Shown here: positions 1 to 9,595 of the stretch, one piece after another
Position numbering within the stretch: position 1 is the first letter of the stretch
How the letters are laid out: each line of letters begins with the position of its first letter
Translations under genes and position numbers: made by a program
NCBI RefSeq assembly: GCF_002075285.3
Contig: NZ_CP021983.2
Coordinates: 2,850,001-2,882,000, forward strand
Direction: 5' to 3'
Length of the DNA stretch: 32,000 nucleotides
Source: Halomicronema hongdechloris C2206
GTDB taxonomy: Bacteria; Cyanobacteriota; Cyanobacteriia; Phormidesmidales; Phormidesmidaceae
The notes under the pieces: generated by a model
The model's database searches: none
Seen by the model: the letters and a program-made list of their open reading frames with translations, nothing else
Told to the model about the DNA's origin: nothing

Positions 1-1410
1 GGTATAGGCAGCCCGAGGCGGCACCAGGACATTCGCCGGATCGTCAACCGGCTGACCGTTCCAGAAGATTGAGCCCGACTGTTTTGGCAATAACCCCAGC
101 AACACTCGCAGCAGGGTCGTCTTGCCCGATCCAATCCGACCCGTAATCACCACCAAGCTGCCTCGCTGCAGCGTAAAGCTAATGTCGGTAATACCGTTAG
201 CGCTCCCGGGATAGTAGTAGGTCAGTCCCTCGACCCGCAGTGCTTGTAGTGACTCTGAGGCTGTTGCCGGTAAGGGGGACGGCAACGGGGGCTGGAAACC
301 CAGGATAGGTTTGAGGTAAAGGGGGTGGGGCTGGGTGAGAGGGAAGGTGGGTCGCTGGGTCGGTGGGTCGCTGGGAGGTTGAGATTCGACTATTTCGTTG
401 GGATTAGACTCGCCCCCTCGCCCCCTTGCCTCCTCGCCTGCGCCTATCAGCCCTGCCATCCGCTCAAAGGACACCTCACTTTGCTTGGTGGTGGCTAGGA
501 AACCGCCGAAGAATGCCAAAAAGTAGGTAACGAAGGAGAGGTAGTAGACGAACAGGGCAAAGTCGCCGACGGTTAGAGTCCCTTGGGTGCCAAGGCTTTG
601 GGAGGCCAGCAATAAAATTAGGCCCGTGCCGAGGCTGACGATGCTTTCAAAGCCGGAGTCAAGGATGGCACTGAAGACTTGGTCGCGCACCATCAGACGG
701 CGTCTGCGATCGCATCTGTCCTGCAACTCCTCTAGCATGCGGGGCTCAGCACCCGCTACTTTCACCGCCTGCACCGCGGTGAACATTTCACCGATCAGCC
801 CGGTGACCTGCTGGGTGGCCTGGCGGCTGGCGCGGCGATAGCGTTTGAGTCGGTGTTCGGCTCGCTGCGCCAGGGTTGCGATCGCACATAGAGGCAAAAA
901 CACCAGCAGTGTCATGGTGGGATTCACGCTCAGCAGCAGCGCCACCGACCCCACTGCAAACACCCCGGCCGCAAAAATCTCGTTGGTGCCGACGACGGTA
1001 TCTTCTATCTGAAAAGCATCATCGCGAAAATAGCTGAGAATTTCCCCAGGGGACGTATTTCGACCATTAGCCCCACCAGTGGCCAACTCGGCTCCAGGTC
1101 GTTTCAGCAGTTCAACCAAAAGATTGTGCCGCACCAGCCCACTGATCAAAAACCGGTGCTGGGTCTTAGTGATACGGCCAGTAAAAATCGCCACCACCCG
1201 CGCTAATCCAGTGGCCAGCAGCAGCCCGATCCACCCCCAGGGAGACCAGCCCAGATGAGCGTGATCGGTCAGACTATCGAAAAACCCACGAATCAAGATG
1301 CCCGGTACCGCTGGCAGGCCCAAGATAAATAACCACAACAGAGTATCGACCCAGTAGAGACGCTGGGCATAGCGGATGAGCTGCCAGAGGAGCTGGTGGA
1401 TAGGGGGCAT
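1..1410 (-). CDS. ABC transporter, fused permease/ATP-binding protein (exporter fold); 3' end runs off the left edge
   Basis: This gene is absent from the ORF track because it is open at the edge. Reverse translation from the ATG at 1408-1410 gives MPPIHQLLWQLIRYAQRLYWVDTLLWLFILGLP..., a typical ABC membrane domain. The Walker A motif GRIGSGKTTLLRVLLG is encoded around 100-141. A G/P-rich low-complexity linker (~250-450) separates the two domains. Confidence 0.85.
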   Translation of the reverse strand, partial: MPPIHQLLWQLIRYAQRLYWVDTLLWLFILGLPAVPGILIRGFFDSLTDHAHLGWSPWGWIGLLLATGLARVVAIFTGRITKTQHRFLISGLVRHNLLVELLKRPGAELATGGANGRNTSPGEILSYFRDDAFQIEDTVVGTNEIFAAGVFAVGSVALLLSVNPTMTLLVFLPLCAIATLAQRAEHRLKRYRRASRQATQQVTGLIGEMFTAVQAVKVAGAEPRMLEELQDRCDRRRRLMVRDQVFSAILDSGFESIVSLGTGLILLLASQSLGTQGTLTVGDFALFVYYLSFVTYFLAFFGGFLATTKQSEVSFERMAGLIGAGEEARGRGGESNPNEIVESQPPSDPPTQRPTFPLTQPHPLYLKPILGFQPPLPSPLPATASESLQALRVEGLTYYYPGSANGITDISFTLQRGSLVVITGRIGSGKTTLLRVLLGLLPKQSGSIFWNGQPVDDPANVLVPPRAAYT

Positions 1411-1442
1411 GGGGATGCAGGTAAGTGGGCAGTAAGGTTTAA

Positions 1443-1519
1443 GTGTTGAATTTTTAGTTTTGAGTTTTGAGCTGAAGCATGGCTGGTAGAACTCAACACT
1501 CAAAACTAAGAACTAAAAA
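1443..1519. repeat. Imperfect inverted repeat made of TTTTGAG/TTTTTAG-type units
   Basis: TTTTTAGTTTTGAGTTTTGAG (1451-1471) matches the reverse complement of CTCAAAACTAAGAACTAAAAA (1499-1519) at 19 of 21 positions. GTGTTGA (about 1443-1449) is also complementary to CTCAACAC (1491-1498). The repeat lies 33-110 bp upstream of the ABC transporter start. Confidence 0.6.
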
Positions 1520-1656
1520 CTTATCCACCCATCCACTTTCCCATCCTCCCACTTCCCAAAGGAGCCCTAGACGGATTTTTTCGACCGCTCAGCGGAGTTT
1601 TATGCATACCCTACGGATCGCTTTAGAATTGGAGGATAGTGCGGCGGGTGTGGGCC

Positions 1657-2238
1657 ATGATGTCTCTGACTCTGGACCTTCAATCGGCGGACATTGAATT
1701 GAGTGATGAGCAGTTTTATCGGCTCTGTCAGGCGAACCGCGATTTACGGCTAGAGCGCACTGCGGCAGGACAGTTGATCGTTATGCCGCCCACAGGATGG
1801 GAAACCGGGAATCGGACCTCAAGATTGGTTCAGCGGCTAGGTAACTGGGCTGATGTGGATGGAACAGGGATCGGGTTTGACTCTATCTACAGGCTTTCGA
1901 TTACCAAACAGGGCGTCCGATCGCCCGATGCCGCTTGGGTGAAACGAGACCGGCTGGAGGCCCTGAATCCTGACCCAGACAAGTTTTTGCCGCTCTACCC
2001 TGACTTTGTGATTGAGCTGCAGTCCGCCAGCGACCAGCTTACGGATGGGCAGGCCAAGATGCAGGAATATCTGGAGAATGGTCTCCAGCTAGGCTGGCTG
2101 ATTAATCCCCAGGACCAACAGGTAGAAATTTATCGGGGCAAGTGCGCAGTGGAGGTGTTGCGATCGCCGACCGAGGTTTCTGGCGAACAGGTCTTGTCTG
2201 GTTTTGTCCTATCGCTGAACGGCATTTTAAGTTCCTGA
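1657..2238 (+). CDS. Uma2 family (DUF820) PD-(D/E)XK-type endonuclease
   Basis: ORF 1639-2238. Motifs: LERTAAGQLIVMPPTGWETGNRTSRL, RSPDAAWV, PDFVIELQSASD, KMQEYLENGLQLGWLINPQDQQVEIYR. The ATG at 1657 is the likelier start. Confidence 0.85.
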   Translation: MMSLTLDLQSADIELSDEQFYRLCQANRDLRLERTAAGQLIVMPPTGWETGNRTSRLVQRLGNWADVDGTGIGFDSIYRLSITKQGVRSPDAAWVKRDRLEALNPDPDKFLPLYPDFVIELQSASDQLTDGQAKMQEYLENGLQLGWLINPQDQQVEIYRGKCAVEVLRSPTEVSGEQVLSGFVLSLNGILSS

Positions 2239-2261
2239 GATTCCCAACGGTAAGCTACGAT

Positions 2262-2354
2262 TTAAGCTTGTCCTGAACACAACAGGCTGGGACCTGGAAT
2301 CACCTCTATGCGCTCAACCAGGTCGGGAATCAGGCTGGCGAGCCGTTCGTCACT
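2262..2354 (-). pseudogene. Possible relic of a TonB-dependent receptor plug domain
   Basis: The minus-strand translation SDERLASLIPDLVERIEVIPGPSLLCSGQA* resembles the plug motif of the three receptors in this window (NIERIEVIKGPASVL, NVERVEVLKGPASIL, NIERIEILKGFSSLL). It is bounded by stops on both sides. Confidence 0.35.
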
Positions 2355-2556
2355 ACATTAACAGACACACTGTTGATGAAAACGCCGACAGGTTATCCGT
2401 GCAGGCTGGGAGAGCGAGGCGATCGCCCAAGCTGGTCAATCCCGGTACTTCGGACATGAGGAGGTCCTGGCGGTCTCAAACCGGGCGAGGTTACCGCTCC
2501 ATCGGGGTTTAACCAACAAAACTGCCATCCTGTTGCCATCTGATGCTCAAGCAATT

Positions 2557-3921
2557 CTACGACGCAGCTGTGTGATGATCGGGAATGATGCGTTCTACCT
2601 GACGTAAGGGGCGATAGGCATATCCTATTAGCCCGGCGAGCAGGCCCAAGCAGGAAAATAGAGTATATTGAACGGCCATTCCTGCCCCTTCGCCCGTGCC
2701 AAATATATTCCCTAAGACCCCTGCTAATATCCCAGTCGGCTGCATGGCTGGCTCAAACCCATAGTCGGCCAAAGGGCCTGCGATCGCCAGCCCGATTGGC
2801 GAGGTGATCTGGGCCAGCAGGTAGCGAGAGGTAAATACTCGCCCCTGCACCGCTGGGTCCACCTTCGATAACCAAATTGCCTGATTAGAACTGCCAATAA
2901 ACACCCCAAAAAATGTTTTTGCGAACCCTGCCATTGCCCATATCTATGGCAGATGTCCTAAGCCAATCACAATTCCGCCGAGTCTAGACAAGATAGACCC
3001 CAGCAACAAGCCGTGAATTCGACGCCGAAAACCACCCCAAACACTCAGAAATATTGCCCCACTGAGGCCGCCAATTCCACTCGCCGCTTCAACCGTTGCC
3101 AGCACCGCAGTATTATCACCACTGCGCGCTAGAATCATGGCCGGGAAGATCGCACCGCCGATATTGCCGACTAAATTGGCACTGAGTAGAAATACCAGGA
3201 TGGCCAATAAACTAGGATACTTGAGAATATAGCGAAACCCAAAAGTCAACTGGGGCCATATTCTCTGCTGGTTCGGAGTGTCTATTTTGTTGGCTGACTG
3301 GCTCCCTTGAGGTTGGGGAACGGTCACCAGTGACAGGGTACTCATTGCCAGCAGAAAAGTGATGAGATCGAGCACTAAAATCCCTGTCAGCCCAATCACG
3401 TAATAGAGGGCTCCTCCTAGGGCGGGGGCCAAAATATTGGAACCGTATCCCTTGGCTGATTCTAAGGCAGAGGCTCGCGTGTAGTGTTGTGGGGGAACAA
3501 TGGTCGCCATGGAAGCCGATAGGGTCATCCATTGCAGATACCCAAATAAACCACTAACAGCCCCAGCCAGATAAAGATGCCAGATGGCGGGGGTATCGAT
3601 CAGCAGCAACAACAGAATGACGACTGTAGAGGCTGCCGCCACGATGTCTCCCAACAGCATCAATTGTTTGCGAGGGAATCGGTCAATAATAATGCCGGAA
3701 AACAGACTGGCAATAATGGGCGGCGTCGCCGTAAAAAATATTAGTAAAGATAAGGGCGTGGCTTGTCCGGTGGCTTCCCATACCCAAATGGTGAGGGCAA
3801 AGGTGGCTATCCTCGACCCCAAAATAGAGGCAGTTTGCCCAATCCAAATGATTAGGAAAGTTCGCAGGCTGGTGGGCGGAGTTACGATGGGTCTTCCTCC
3901 TCTAGCAAATAGCGAAATAGA
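2557..3921 (-). pseudogene. MFS transporter (EntS/siderophore-exporter-like) interrupted by an in-frame TAG
   Basis: ORFs 2944-3822 (292 aa) and 2557-2934 (125 aa) are in the same frame and read ...GLGHLP*IWAMAGFAKTFF..., with the TAG at 2944-2946. The conserved N-terminus [26 protein letters not shown] extends upstream of the tracked TTG. No ATG or GTG lies before the stop at 3922-3924. Confidence 0.75.
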
Positions 3922-4862
3922 TCATCAACGACGAGATTGGCTGCTACTGGTCCTGACCCAATCCAGTGTTCACCACTGACCTGATAAACGTTTCCCTGTT
4001 TCACAGCCTCTAACTGTGACCATAGGGGATCGGCTTGAAGCTGTTTGATCGCAGTTTGGGCATCCTGTTTGGATTCGAAATTGTCACCGTCAGTCCACAG
4101 AAAGATGACATCCCCGTCAGCTAAGTGCAGTTGCTCTTTGCTGATTCGCTGAACAGGTTGCCCCCCGCGCTGGCTGGGAGGACGAGATAAGCCAGCATCT
4201 AGCAGAATCGTGCCGGCAAAGATATCTTCCTGATAAAGCTCAAAGTAGCCAGGATAAACCCGCACCATTGAAACTTCCAGTTGGTTCAGACGATCGCCCA
4301 TTCTTTCTTTAAAGGTCGCTAGGCGATCGCGATATTCGTCCATGACGGCTTCTACTCTTTCTGAGCGATTGATAGCTTGTCCCACTGAGGCAAATATCTC
4401 TTTCCAATCACCACTGGTGTCAAACTCAAACAAAACAGTGGGCGCGATTTGTGACGCTTGAGTATAAATCTCTTCCAGAGAAGTCGAGCCTAAAATCAGG
4501 TCTGGTTGCAGTGCCAATACTTTTTCTAAATCAGGACGCCGATAACCAATGCTCTCGGTACCTTGCAGTTGCTCTTTCAGGTAAGCCTCTGGGCGAGCCA
4601 CAGCGCCGATGGGAGGAGTATCGATTGCTAACAGCGCTTCGGTTGTGAAAGTTCCCAAGGTGATCATACGTTGAGGCGTCTCTGGGACTTGCGTTGTTCC
4701 CATAGCGTGCTCAACGGTGCGGGTTAGTTGGTCGGTCTGCACATTTGCCGAGGTGTATCGCACCGAGTTATTAGAGGAAGTACCATTGCAGGCAGCAACG
4801 AACCCTATGACCACTAAAGCGAAGCCAATGAATTGCCTTTGATACCGCTTTGCATTGAGCAT
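3882..4862 (-). CDS. Iron-siderophore ABC transporter substrate-binding lipoprotein (FecB/FhuD-like), copy 1
   Basis: ORF 3882-4943. The likelier start is the ATG at 4860-4862, giving [25 protein letters not shown] with a lipobox. The C-terminus [42 protein letters not shown] is shared with the two other copies. Confidence 0.85.
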   Translation of the reverse strand: MLNAKRYQRQFIGFALVVIGFVAACNGTSSNNSVRYTSANVQTDQLTRTVEHAMGTTQVPETPQRMITLGTFTTEALLAIDTPPIGAVARPEAYLKEQLQGTESIGYRRPDLEKVLALQPDLILGSTSLEEIYTQASQIAPTVLFEFDTSGDWKEIFASVGQAINRSERVEAVMDEYRDRLATFKERMGDRLNQLEVSMVRVYPGYFELYQEDIFAGTILLDAGLSRPPSQRGGQPVQRISKEQLHLADGDVIFLWTDGDNFESKQDAQTAIKQLQADPLWSQLEAVKQGNVYQVSGEHWIGSGPVAANLVVDDLFRYLLEEEDPS

Positions 4863-5067
4863 CTGCCGACAGCGATGCCCAAAAATTCCTGCCGCTGTCA
4901 ATAGTTTTCTGAGTTGCTTAAACACTGGAAAAAGCGTTGGCATAGGGACGATGAACCTGTTTTGATAGCGACACTTACAGCTGTAGTCAAGCCGGAATAT
5001 GAGCTAGGTGCTCAAAGGTTTTATACCTAGACCAAGCTTTGACCACAGTTCTGGTTCAGAAGCCTCT

Positions 5068-7656
5068 TCAAAATTCCACTGAAAAAGTACCAATCACCGT
5101 AAAAGGAATTCCCGGATCAAGCGAAAAGCGCCCAAAACCAGGAGACTCCACATAGTCAATATCGAAGAGGTTTTTGAAGTTCAGGGCGGCTTCCCAGTTA
5201 TCCCTTTGATAAGAAATCCTGGCGTCAACGCGGGCATAGCTAGGCAGTTCAAAGTTATTATCCAGGTTTCCTTCCCGATCCCCGACAAAAAAGACACCTG
5301 CACCCAGTCCTAGCCCCTGCAAGTCACCCTGTTGAAATTCATAGGTCGTCCAAAGACTGGCCGCATTTCTGGGAACGCCCTGGAGTTCATTGCCTTCCTG
5401 GTCGCTGCCATTATCCTCGGTAATCTCAGTATGAGTATGAGCGTAAGAGGCGATGATTCGCCAGCCATCGCTGATTTCGCCAGCAATATCCAGCTCAATG
5501 CCTCGACTTCTTTGTTCCCCAATGGCCCGTTGCAGCCCCGCAGGAGGGCCCGGGACACCCACTGCAATATTGCTTTTAGTAATGTTGAACGCAGCCAGGT
5601 TAGCCGAAAGCCGCCCCTCCAACAGCTCACCCCTAAGCCCCACTTCATACTGGGTGCCGCGCTCGGGGGGCAGAATGCCGCCCTGACCATCGCCGCCATT
5701 AGGCACAAACGAGCGACTAAAGCTGGCGTACAGGGATAGGGGTTCAATCGGTTGGTACACCAGACCAATCCGGGGGCTAAAAGCCGTATCGTCTTGAGTT
5801 TCAGTGGTGTCACTCAAGCGATTTTCGTTATTTTGACTCACCAGGTCAAATCGACCCCCGATGAGAAGTTTGAGATTATCTGTAAAGGCAATCAGGTCTT
5901 GGAGATAAATGCCCAGGGAATCTGTCCGGTTATTGATATCAACAGCTGTAAAGTTAAGCTCGTCTCTGCTAGGTGTACCATCGTCATAAACCGGATCAAA
6001 GATATTGATTGTTGTCACGCCAAAACTATCATCAGTGCTTCGACCCTGTCGATCTTCAACCTCGCGATTGAGATCAAAACCAAAAAGTACCTCATGTCCA
6101 ACGGTCCCAGTTTGAAAATCACCAACAAGATTAGTCTGCAAACCGTAGCTTGTCTCGATTGCGTCGTTAGAAAACACAAATCGCTGTAACTCTCCAGCAT
6201 CGCTAATACTGAAAGGCTGGTTTTCAATATTTAATCGGTCTCCCCGCAAAAATTGGAAGCGATTACGCAGTTCTAAGTTGTCGTTAAATTCATGCTCTAG
6301 TTCATAGCTGGCAATGAGCTGCGTCGATTCATTAAAATCGTCTAGCTCGTTGACAATGCGATCGAAGGGAATGTCAGCAATGCCCTCACCAATAGAAACT
6401 AGTCCTTGATCAAAGGGGCGTTCATCATCGGTATAGGAGAATTCCAGGGTGAGATTGGTGCGATCGCCAATATCCCAGGTCACAACCGGTGAAACAAAGA
6501 ATCGTTCGATATCGCGATTAAAATCCCGAAACCCTTCTTGTCTTTCATAAAGGGCATTGAGCCGATAGCGTACTGTTCTATCAGCATTCAATGGGCCAGA
6601 AGCATCAATCGAGGGTTCGATGAAACCAAAACTGCCCACACGCGGTTCCAAGGCAAAAAATGGTTCTGCAGTCGGTCGTTCGGGGACTAAGTTGATGACA
6701 CCGCCCGGTTCTAGACGCCCAAACAAGATGGAAGCAGGGCCTTTGAGCACCTCTACCCTCTCCACGTTGGCGGTTTCTCTAAGTCTTGTTACTTCGCCAT
6801 CTCGAAATCCGTTACGTAGGAAGGTTCTTTGCTGAAACCCACGAATGTTAAAGCTGTCAAATGTGCCACTGAATGTATCTGACTCCACGACACCACTCAC
6901 GTTACGGACAATTTCTTGCAAATCGGTGGCTTGTTGATCTTCAATTACGGCACGGGGCACCACCTGAATCGACTGCGGAATGTCGCGCAGGGGGGTATCG
7001 GTGCGGGTGGCCGTCGTGGCCGTTGGAGCGTTGTACCGCTCATCCGGCTCCCCAGTTACCACGATTTGGATGGCGTCATCCGCATCGCCGACTCGGGCAA
7101 TTCCCGGCACCACACTTAACACCAGATTTCCTGCTTCTGTGCCTACCTGAGTCTCTGGCGGCGCATCGGTTCCCGTAATCGATACCCGCACCCGATTGTC
7201 CGGTAGCCCTGTTACGCTCACCAAAGCAATGCCCTCAACCGGGTTGGCGGCCTGAAACTCATCCCCCTCTGCCAGGGCCAGGGCTGCATTGGGAATCTCG
7301 GCAATCAGCGCATTCCCCACCACGGAGGTTTCAGGCTCCGCGATGGAACCGGTGGCTGCTAGCATCAGCTGCAGGCCGTTCTCTGTTTCGGTGATCTGAA
7401 CATCGGTAATCTGAGTCAGGGCTTGAGCTATGTCAGCCGAGGGTGCAGGCGATCGCTCCTGAGCCTCAATCTGGCTCATCCATGCCGCGACCGTGGTGGC
7501 TGGTTGGGGTTCCTCGCTACGATCAAGATCTTCTACCGGAACGACCTCAGTCTCAGCAACGGTGGATGGTTCCAAAGAGTCTGCCTGGGCGGCCGACGCC
7601 AGCACCACCGAAAACACACCCGTGAGCCAAAATAATCTCTGCAGTTGACGCATCAT
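5068..7656 (-). CDS. TonB-dependent siderophore receptor with N-terminal AMIN-type extension, copy 1
   Basis: 862-aa ORF. Signal peptide MMRQLQRLFWLTGVFSVVLASAAQA. AMIN-like block ITDVQITETENGLQLMLAATG...GNALIAEIPNAALALAEGDEF...VRVSITGTDAPPE. Plug motif VERVEVLKGPASILFG. Terminal beta-strand TVIGTFSVEF. Confidence 0.92.
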   Translation of the reverse strand: MMRQLQRLFWLTGVFSVVLASAAQADSLEPSTVAETEVVPVEDLDRSEEPQPATTVAAWMSQIEAQERSPAPSADIAQALTQITDVQITETENGLQLMLAATGSIAEPETSVVGNALIAEIPNAALALAEGDEFQAANPVEGIALVSVTGLPDNRVRVSITGTDAPPETQVGTEAGNLVLSVVPGIARVGDADDAIQIVVTGEPDERYNAPTATTATRTDTPLRDIPQSIQVVPRAVIEDQQATDLQEIVRNVSGVVESDTFSGTFDSFNIRGFQQRTFLRNGFRDGEVTRLRETANVERVEVLKGPASILFGRLEPGGVINLVPERPTAEPFFALEPRVGSFGFIEPSIDASGPLNADRTVRYRLNALYERQEGFRDFNRDIERFFVSPVVTWDIGDRTNLTLEFSYTDDERPFDQGLVSIGEGIADIPFDRIVNELDDFNESTQLIASYELEHEFNDNLELRNRFQFLRGDRLNIENQPFSISDAGELQRFVFSNDAIETSYGLQTNLVGDFQTGTVGHEVLFGFDLNREVEDRQGRSTDDSFGVTTINIFDPVYDDGTPSRDELNFTAVDINNRTDSLGIYLQDLIAFTDNLKLLIGGRFDLVSQNNENRLSDTTETQDDTAFSPRIGLVYQPIEPLSLYASFSRSFVPNGGDGQGGILPPERGTQYEVGLRGELLEGRLSANLAAFNITKSNIAVGVPGPPAGLQRAIGEQRSRGIELDIAGEISDGWRIIASYAHTHTEITEDNGSDQEGNELQGVPRNAASLWTTYEFQQGDLQGLGLGAGVFFVGDREGNLDNNFELPSYARVDARISYQRDNWEAALNFKNLFDIDYVESPGFGRFSLDPGIPFTVIGTFSVEF

Positions 7657-7740
7657 TCACTCCCACACCTAAATCGGAACACTTCCCAAGAAGCTTACGG
7701 GAAGGCGGTGAGGGATAGAAGGCCGGTGAGAACGGCAGCA

Positions 7741-7774
7741 GGAGCTTTTTTGAACGGTTTCCGGAGTTTTTGTG
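7741..7774 (-). promoter_or_regulatory. Phased direct repeat (candidate AraC-type operator) upstream of receptor 1
   Basis: GGAGCTTTTTTGA (7741-7753) and CGGAGTTTTTGTG (7762-7774) have GGAG cores 22 bp apart. They lie 85-118 bp upstream of the start at 7656. The same arrangement occurs at three other loci. Confidence 0.45.
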
Positions 7775-7853
7775 GTTTAGCCGTCCGTATGATGCATCGA
7801 GTCTGTGTTTTGACGCTAAGGTAAATAAAAGATTGACCGTTTTCTCTCTTCTA

Positions 7854-8084
7854 ATGGATTGGCAAGAGCGCATTGTCGTCAACCCTGACATCCTAGTCGG
7901 TAAGCCCGTTATTCGCGGTACTCGACTAGCTGTCGAATTCATCATCGACTTACTAGCGGAGGGTTGGTCAGAGCCAGAAGTACTCCGAAACTACCCCGGC
8001 ATAACTCGAGAAGATATTCAAGCCTGCCTTCGCTATGCCAGCGAACTTCTCAAAGCTGAGCGGGTTTATCCTTTGTCTGTATAA
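7854..8084 (+). CDS. DUF433 domain protein (antitoxin-like partner of DUF5615)
   Basis: MDWQERIVVNPDILVGKPVIRGTRLAVEFIIDLLAEGWSEPEVLRNYPGITREDIQACLRYA. The ATG is at 7854. The stop lies 2 nt before the next gene. Confidence 0.8.
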   Translation: MDWQERIVVNPDILVGKPVIRGTRLAVEFIIDLLAEGWSEPEVLRNYPGITREDIQACLRYASELLKAERVYPLSV

Positions 8085-8086
8085 CG

Positions 8087-8455
8087 GTGAGGTTCCTGGC
8101 TAACGAAAATTTTCCAGGCGATGCCGTTGAAGCGCTTCGCAAGCAAGGGCACGATGTCCGATGGATTCGTACCGACGCTCCAGGCAGCTCCGATTCTGAA
8201 GTTTTATCAATGGCTCAAGCCGAAGATCGCATTCTTTTGACTTTTGATCGAGACTTTGGTGAGCTAGCGTTTCGTCTCGGACTTCCGGCAACGACTGGCA
8301 TCGTACTCTTTCGCTTTAGGATGACCTCTGCTCAACAGGTTGCAAGCGTGGTGACACAGGCCATATCTCTACGCACCGACTGGATTGGCCATTTCAGCGT
8401 TGTTGAGATAGACCGGGTCCGCATGCGTGCCCTACCAACAGACAAACAGTCTTAG
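8087..8455 (+). CDS. DUF5615 family PIN-like protein (toxin-like)
   Basis: The start is a GTG at 8087. Sequence: MRFLANENFPGDAVEALRKQGHDVRWIRTDAPGSSDSEVLSMAQAEDRILLTFDRDFGELAFR. Confidence 0.8.
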   Translation: MRFLANENFPGDAVEALRKQGHDVRWIRTDAPGSSDSEVLSMAQAEDRILLTFDRDFGELAFRLGLPATTGIVLFRFRMTSAQQVASVVTQAISLRTDWIGHFSVVEIDRVRMRALPTDKQS

Positions 8456-8507
8456 TTTGTTATGGTTAAAACCACCCGAGAGTTGTGATACAGAACCCTG
8501 TGGGAAA

Positions 8508-9536
8508 CTAACTTATCTGCCAAAAATGCCGCTGACGTTTGCGGTAGACGCTGGGATTGATGCCGAATTTCTTGCGAAAGGCCAGGGCAAAGTGGCTGCG
8601 GTTGACGTATCCTACAGCCTGGGCCGCCTCAGTAATCGTCATCTCACCAGCTGTCAATAGCTGACGAGCCCTCTCCATACGGCAATCCTGTAGATAACCA
8701 AAGACGGTGGTGCCAAACACCTGGCGAAATCCAACCTTGAGTTTGCAGTCATTAATGCCTATCAGACGAGCCAGGTCAATTAGCGACGGCGGATCATCGA
8801 GTCGGGCCACCAGTAGCTCTTTGGCGTAGTGAATGCGCTCAATATCGTCGGGTTTCAACCCCTTAGCAGACGGGGTGGAGCCATCCATCTCGGGTAGTTG
8901 AGCCAGCTGTAGTGCCATCAGTTCCCACACCTTACCCTCTAGGTATATGCGCTGGGTCAATCCTTGAAATGGGCACTGCAGTATGTGTTGAACGATCTGC
9001 TGCATGGCTGAGCTGGTGTTGTATATCTGCAAATGATAGAGCCGATCGGGGGGTTTTATTAGGTAGTTTAGAGACTGGGAAAGTTCCTTAGAACAGTCCG
9101 TCGCCCATTGCCCCAACAGTGCTGGCTCGATATGGATGTTGACCGTAAACTTATGGAGATCCGCCACCTCATAGCCTGCTTCCTCAGGAGCCATACCGCT
9201 GCCACAAAAGCAATGCTGCCCAACCTTCACTGGGTATGACTCGGAAGGCGCAGCGCCCATCAACACGTAGTTCAGTTCCAGGGGATGTTCTCGCTCATCG
9301 CTGGTGATAATAAGATCATCATGAAGACGATAGTCTGCGATCGCCAGCACGATTCCGTCTCGAATTCGAATCTTTCGGTAATACCCTGCCCCCAGCTGCT
9401 TGGGATATTTCCAGGTGATGTCATACTCGTCGGTGTTGCGGTTAATATCCTGATGGGGCTGGCTCGCAGCCGCATTCGTTTCCTGGATGTGTCGCACTAA
9501 CTGCCAATAGTCTTGCTGTGAGAGGGTAATCGTCAT
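8508..9536 (-). CDS. AraC family transcriptional regulator (PchR-like), copy 1
   Basis: 342 aa. N-terminal sensing domain (WKYPKQLGAGYYRKIRIRDGIVLAIADYRLHDDL). C-terminal double HTH (LIDLARLIGINDCKLKVGFRQVFGTTVFGYLQDCRMERARQLL...AAQAVGYVNRSHFALAFRKKFGINP). Confidence 0.92.
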   Translation of the reverse strand: MTITLSQQDYWQLVRHIQETNAAASQPHQDINRNTDEYDITWKYPKQLGAGYYRKIRIRDGIVLAIADYRLHDDLIITSDEREHPLELNYVLMGAAPSESYPVKVGQHCFCGSGMAPEEAGYEVADLHKFTVNIHIEPALLGQWATDCSKELSQSLNYLIKPPDRLYHLQIYNTSSAMQQIVQHILQCPFQGLTQRIYLEGKVWELMALQLAQLPEMDGSTPSAKGLKPDDIERIHYAKELLVARLDDPPSLIDLARLIGINDCKLKVGFRQVFGTTVFGYLQDCRMERARQLLTAGEMTITEAAQAVGYVNRSHFALAFRKKFGINPSVYRKRQRHFWQIS

Positions 9537-9576
9537 GGGCTTAACGTTGCCAAGTCATGGTTAAGACCATATCTCA

Positions 9577-9595
9577 AATGAGAGCAATTCTCAAT
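9577..9595. promoter_or_regulatory. 7-5-7 palindrome (Fur-box geometry) upstream of AraC copy 1
   Basis: AATGAGA-gcaat-TCTCAAT is a 19-bp inverted repeat with one arm mismatch. It lies 41-59 bp upstream of the ATG at 9536. Confidence 0.4.

Noticed and set aside
3584-3979. A 131-aa plus-strand ORF.
   Set aside because: It is antisense to the MFS transporter N-terminus and to the binding-protein stop region, and it has no domain signal.
5310-7635. Numerous 60-170-aa ORFs in other frames or strands inside receptor 1 (for example 5310-5813, 5332-5739, 5752-6189, 6873-7178). Equivalent ORFs occur inside receptors 2 and 3.
   Set aside because: They lie entirely within long ORFs that carry unmistakable TonB-dependent receptor motifs. 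Their translations are low-complexity or Arg/Pro/Ser-rich with no recognisable domain, as expected for shadow ORFs.
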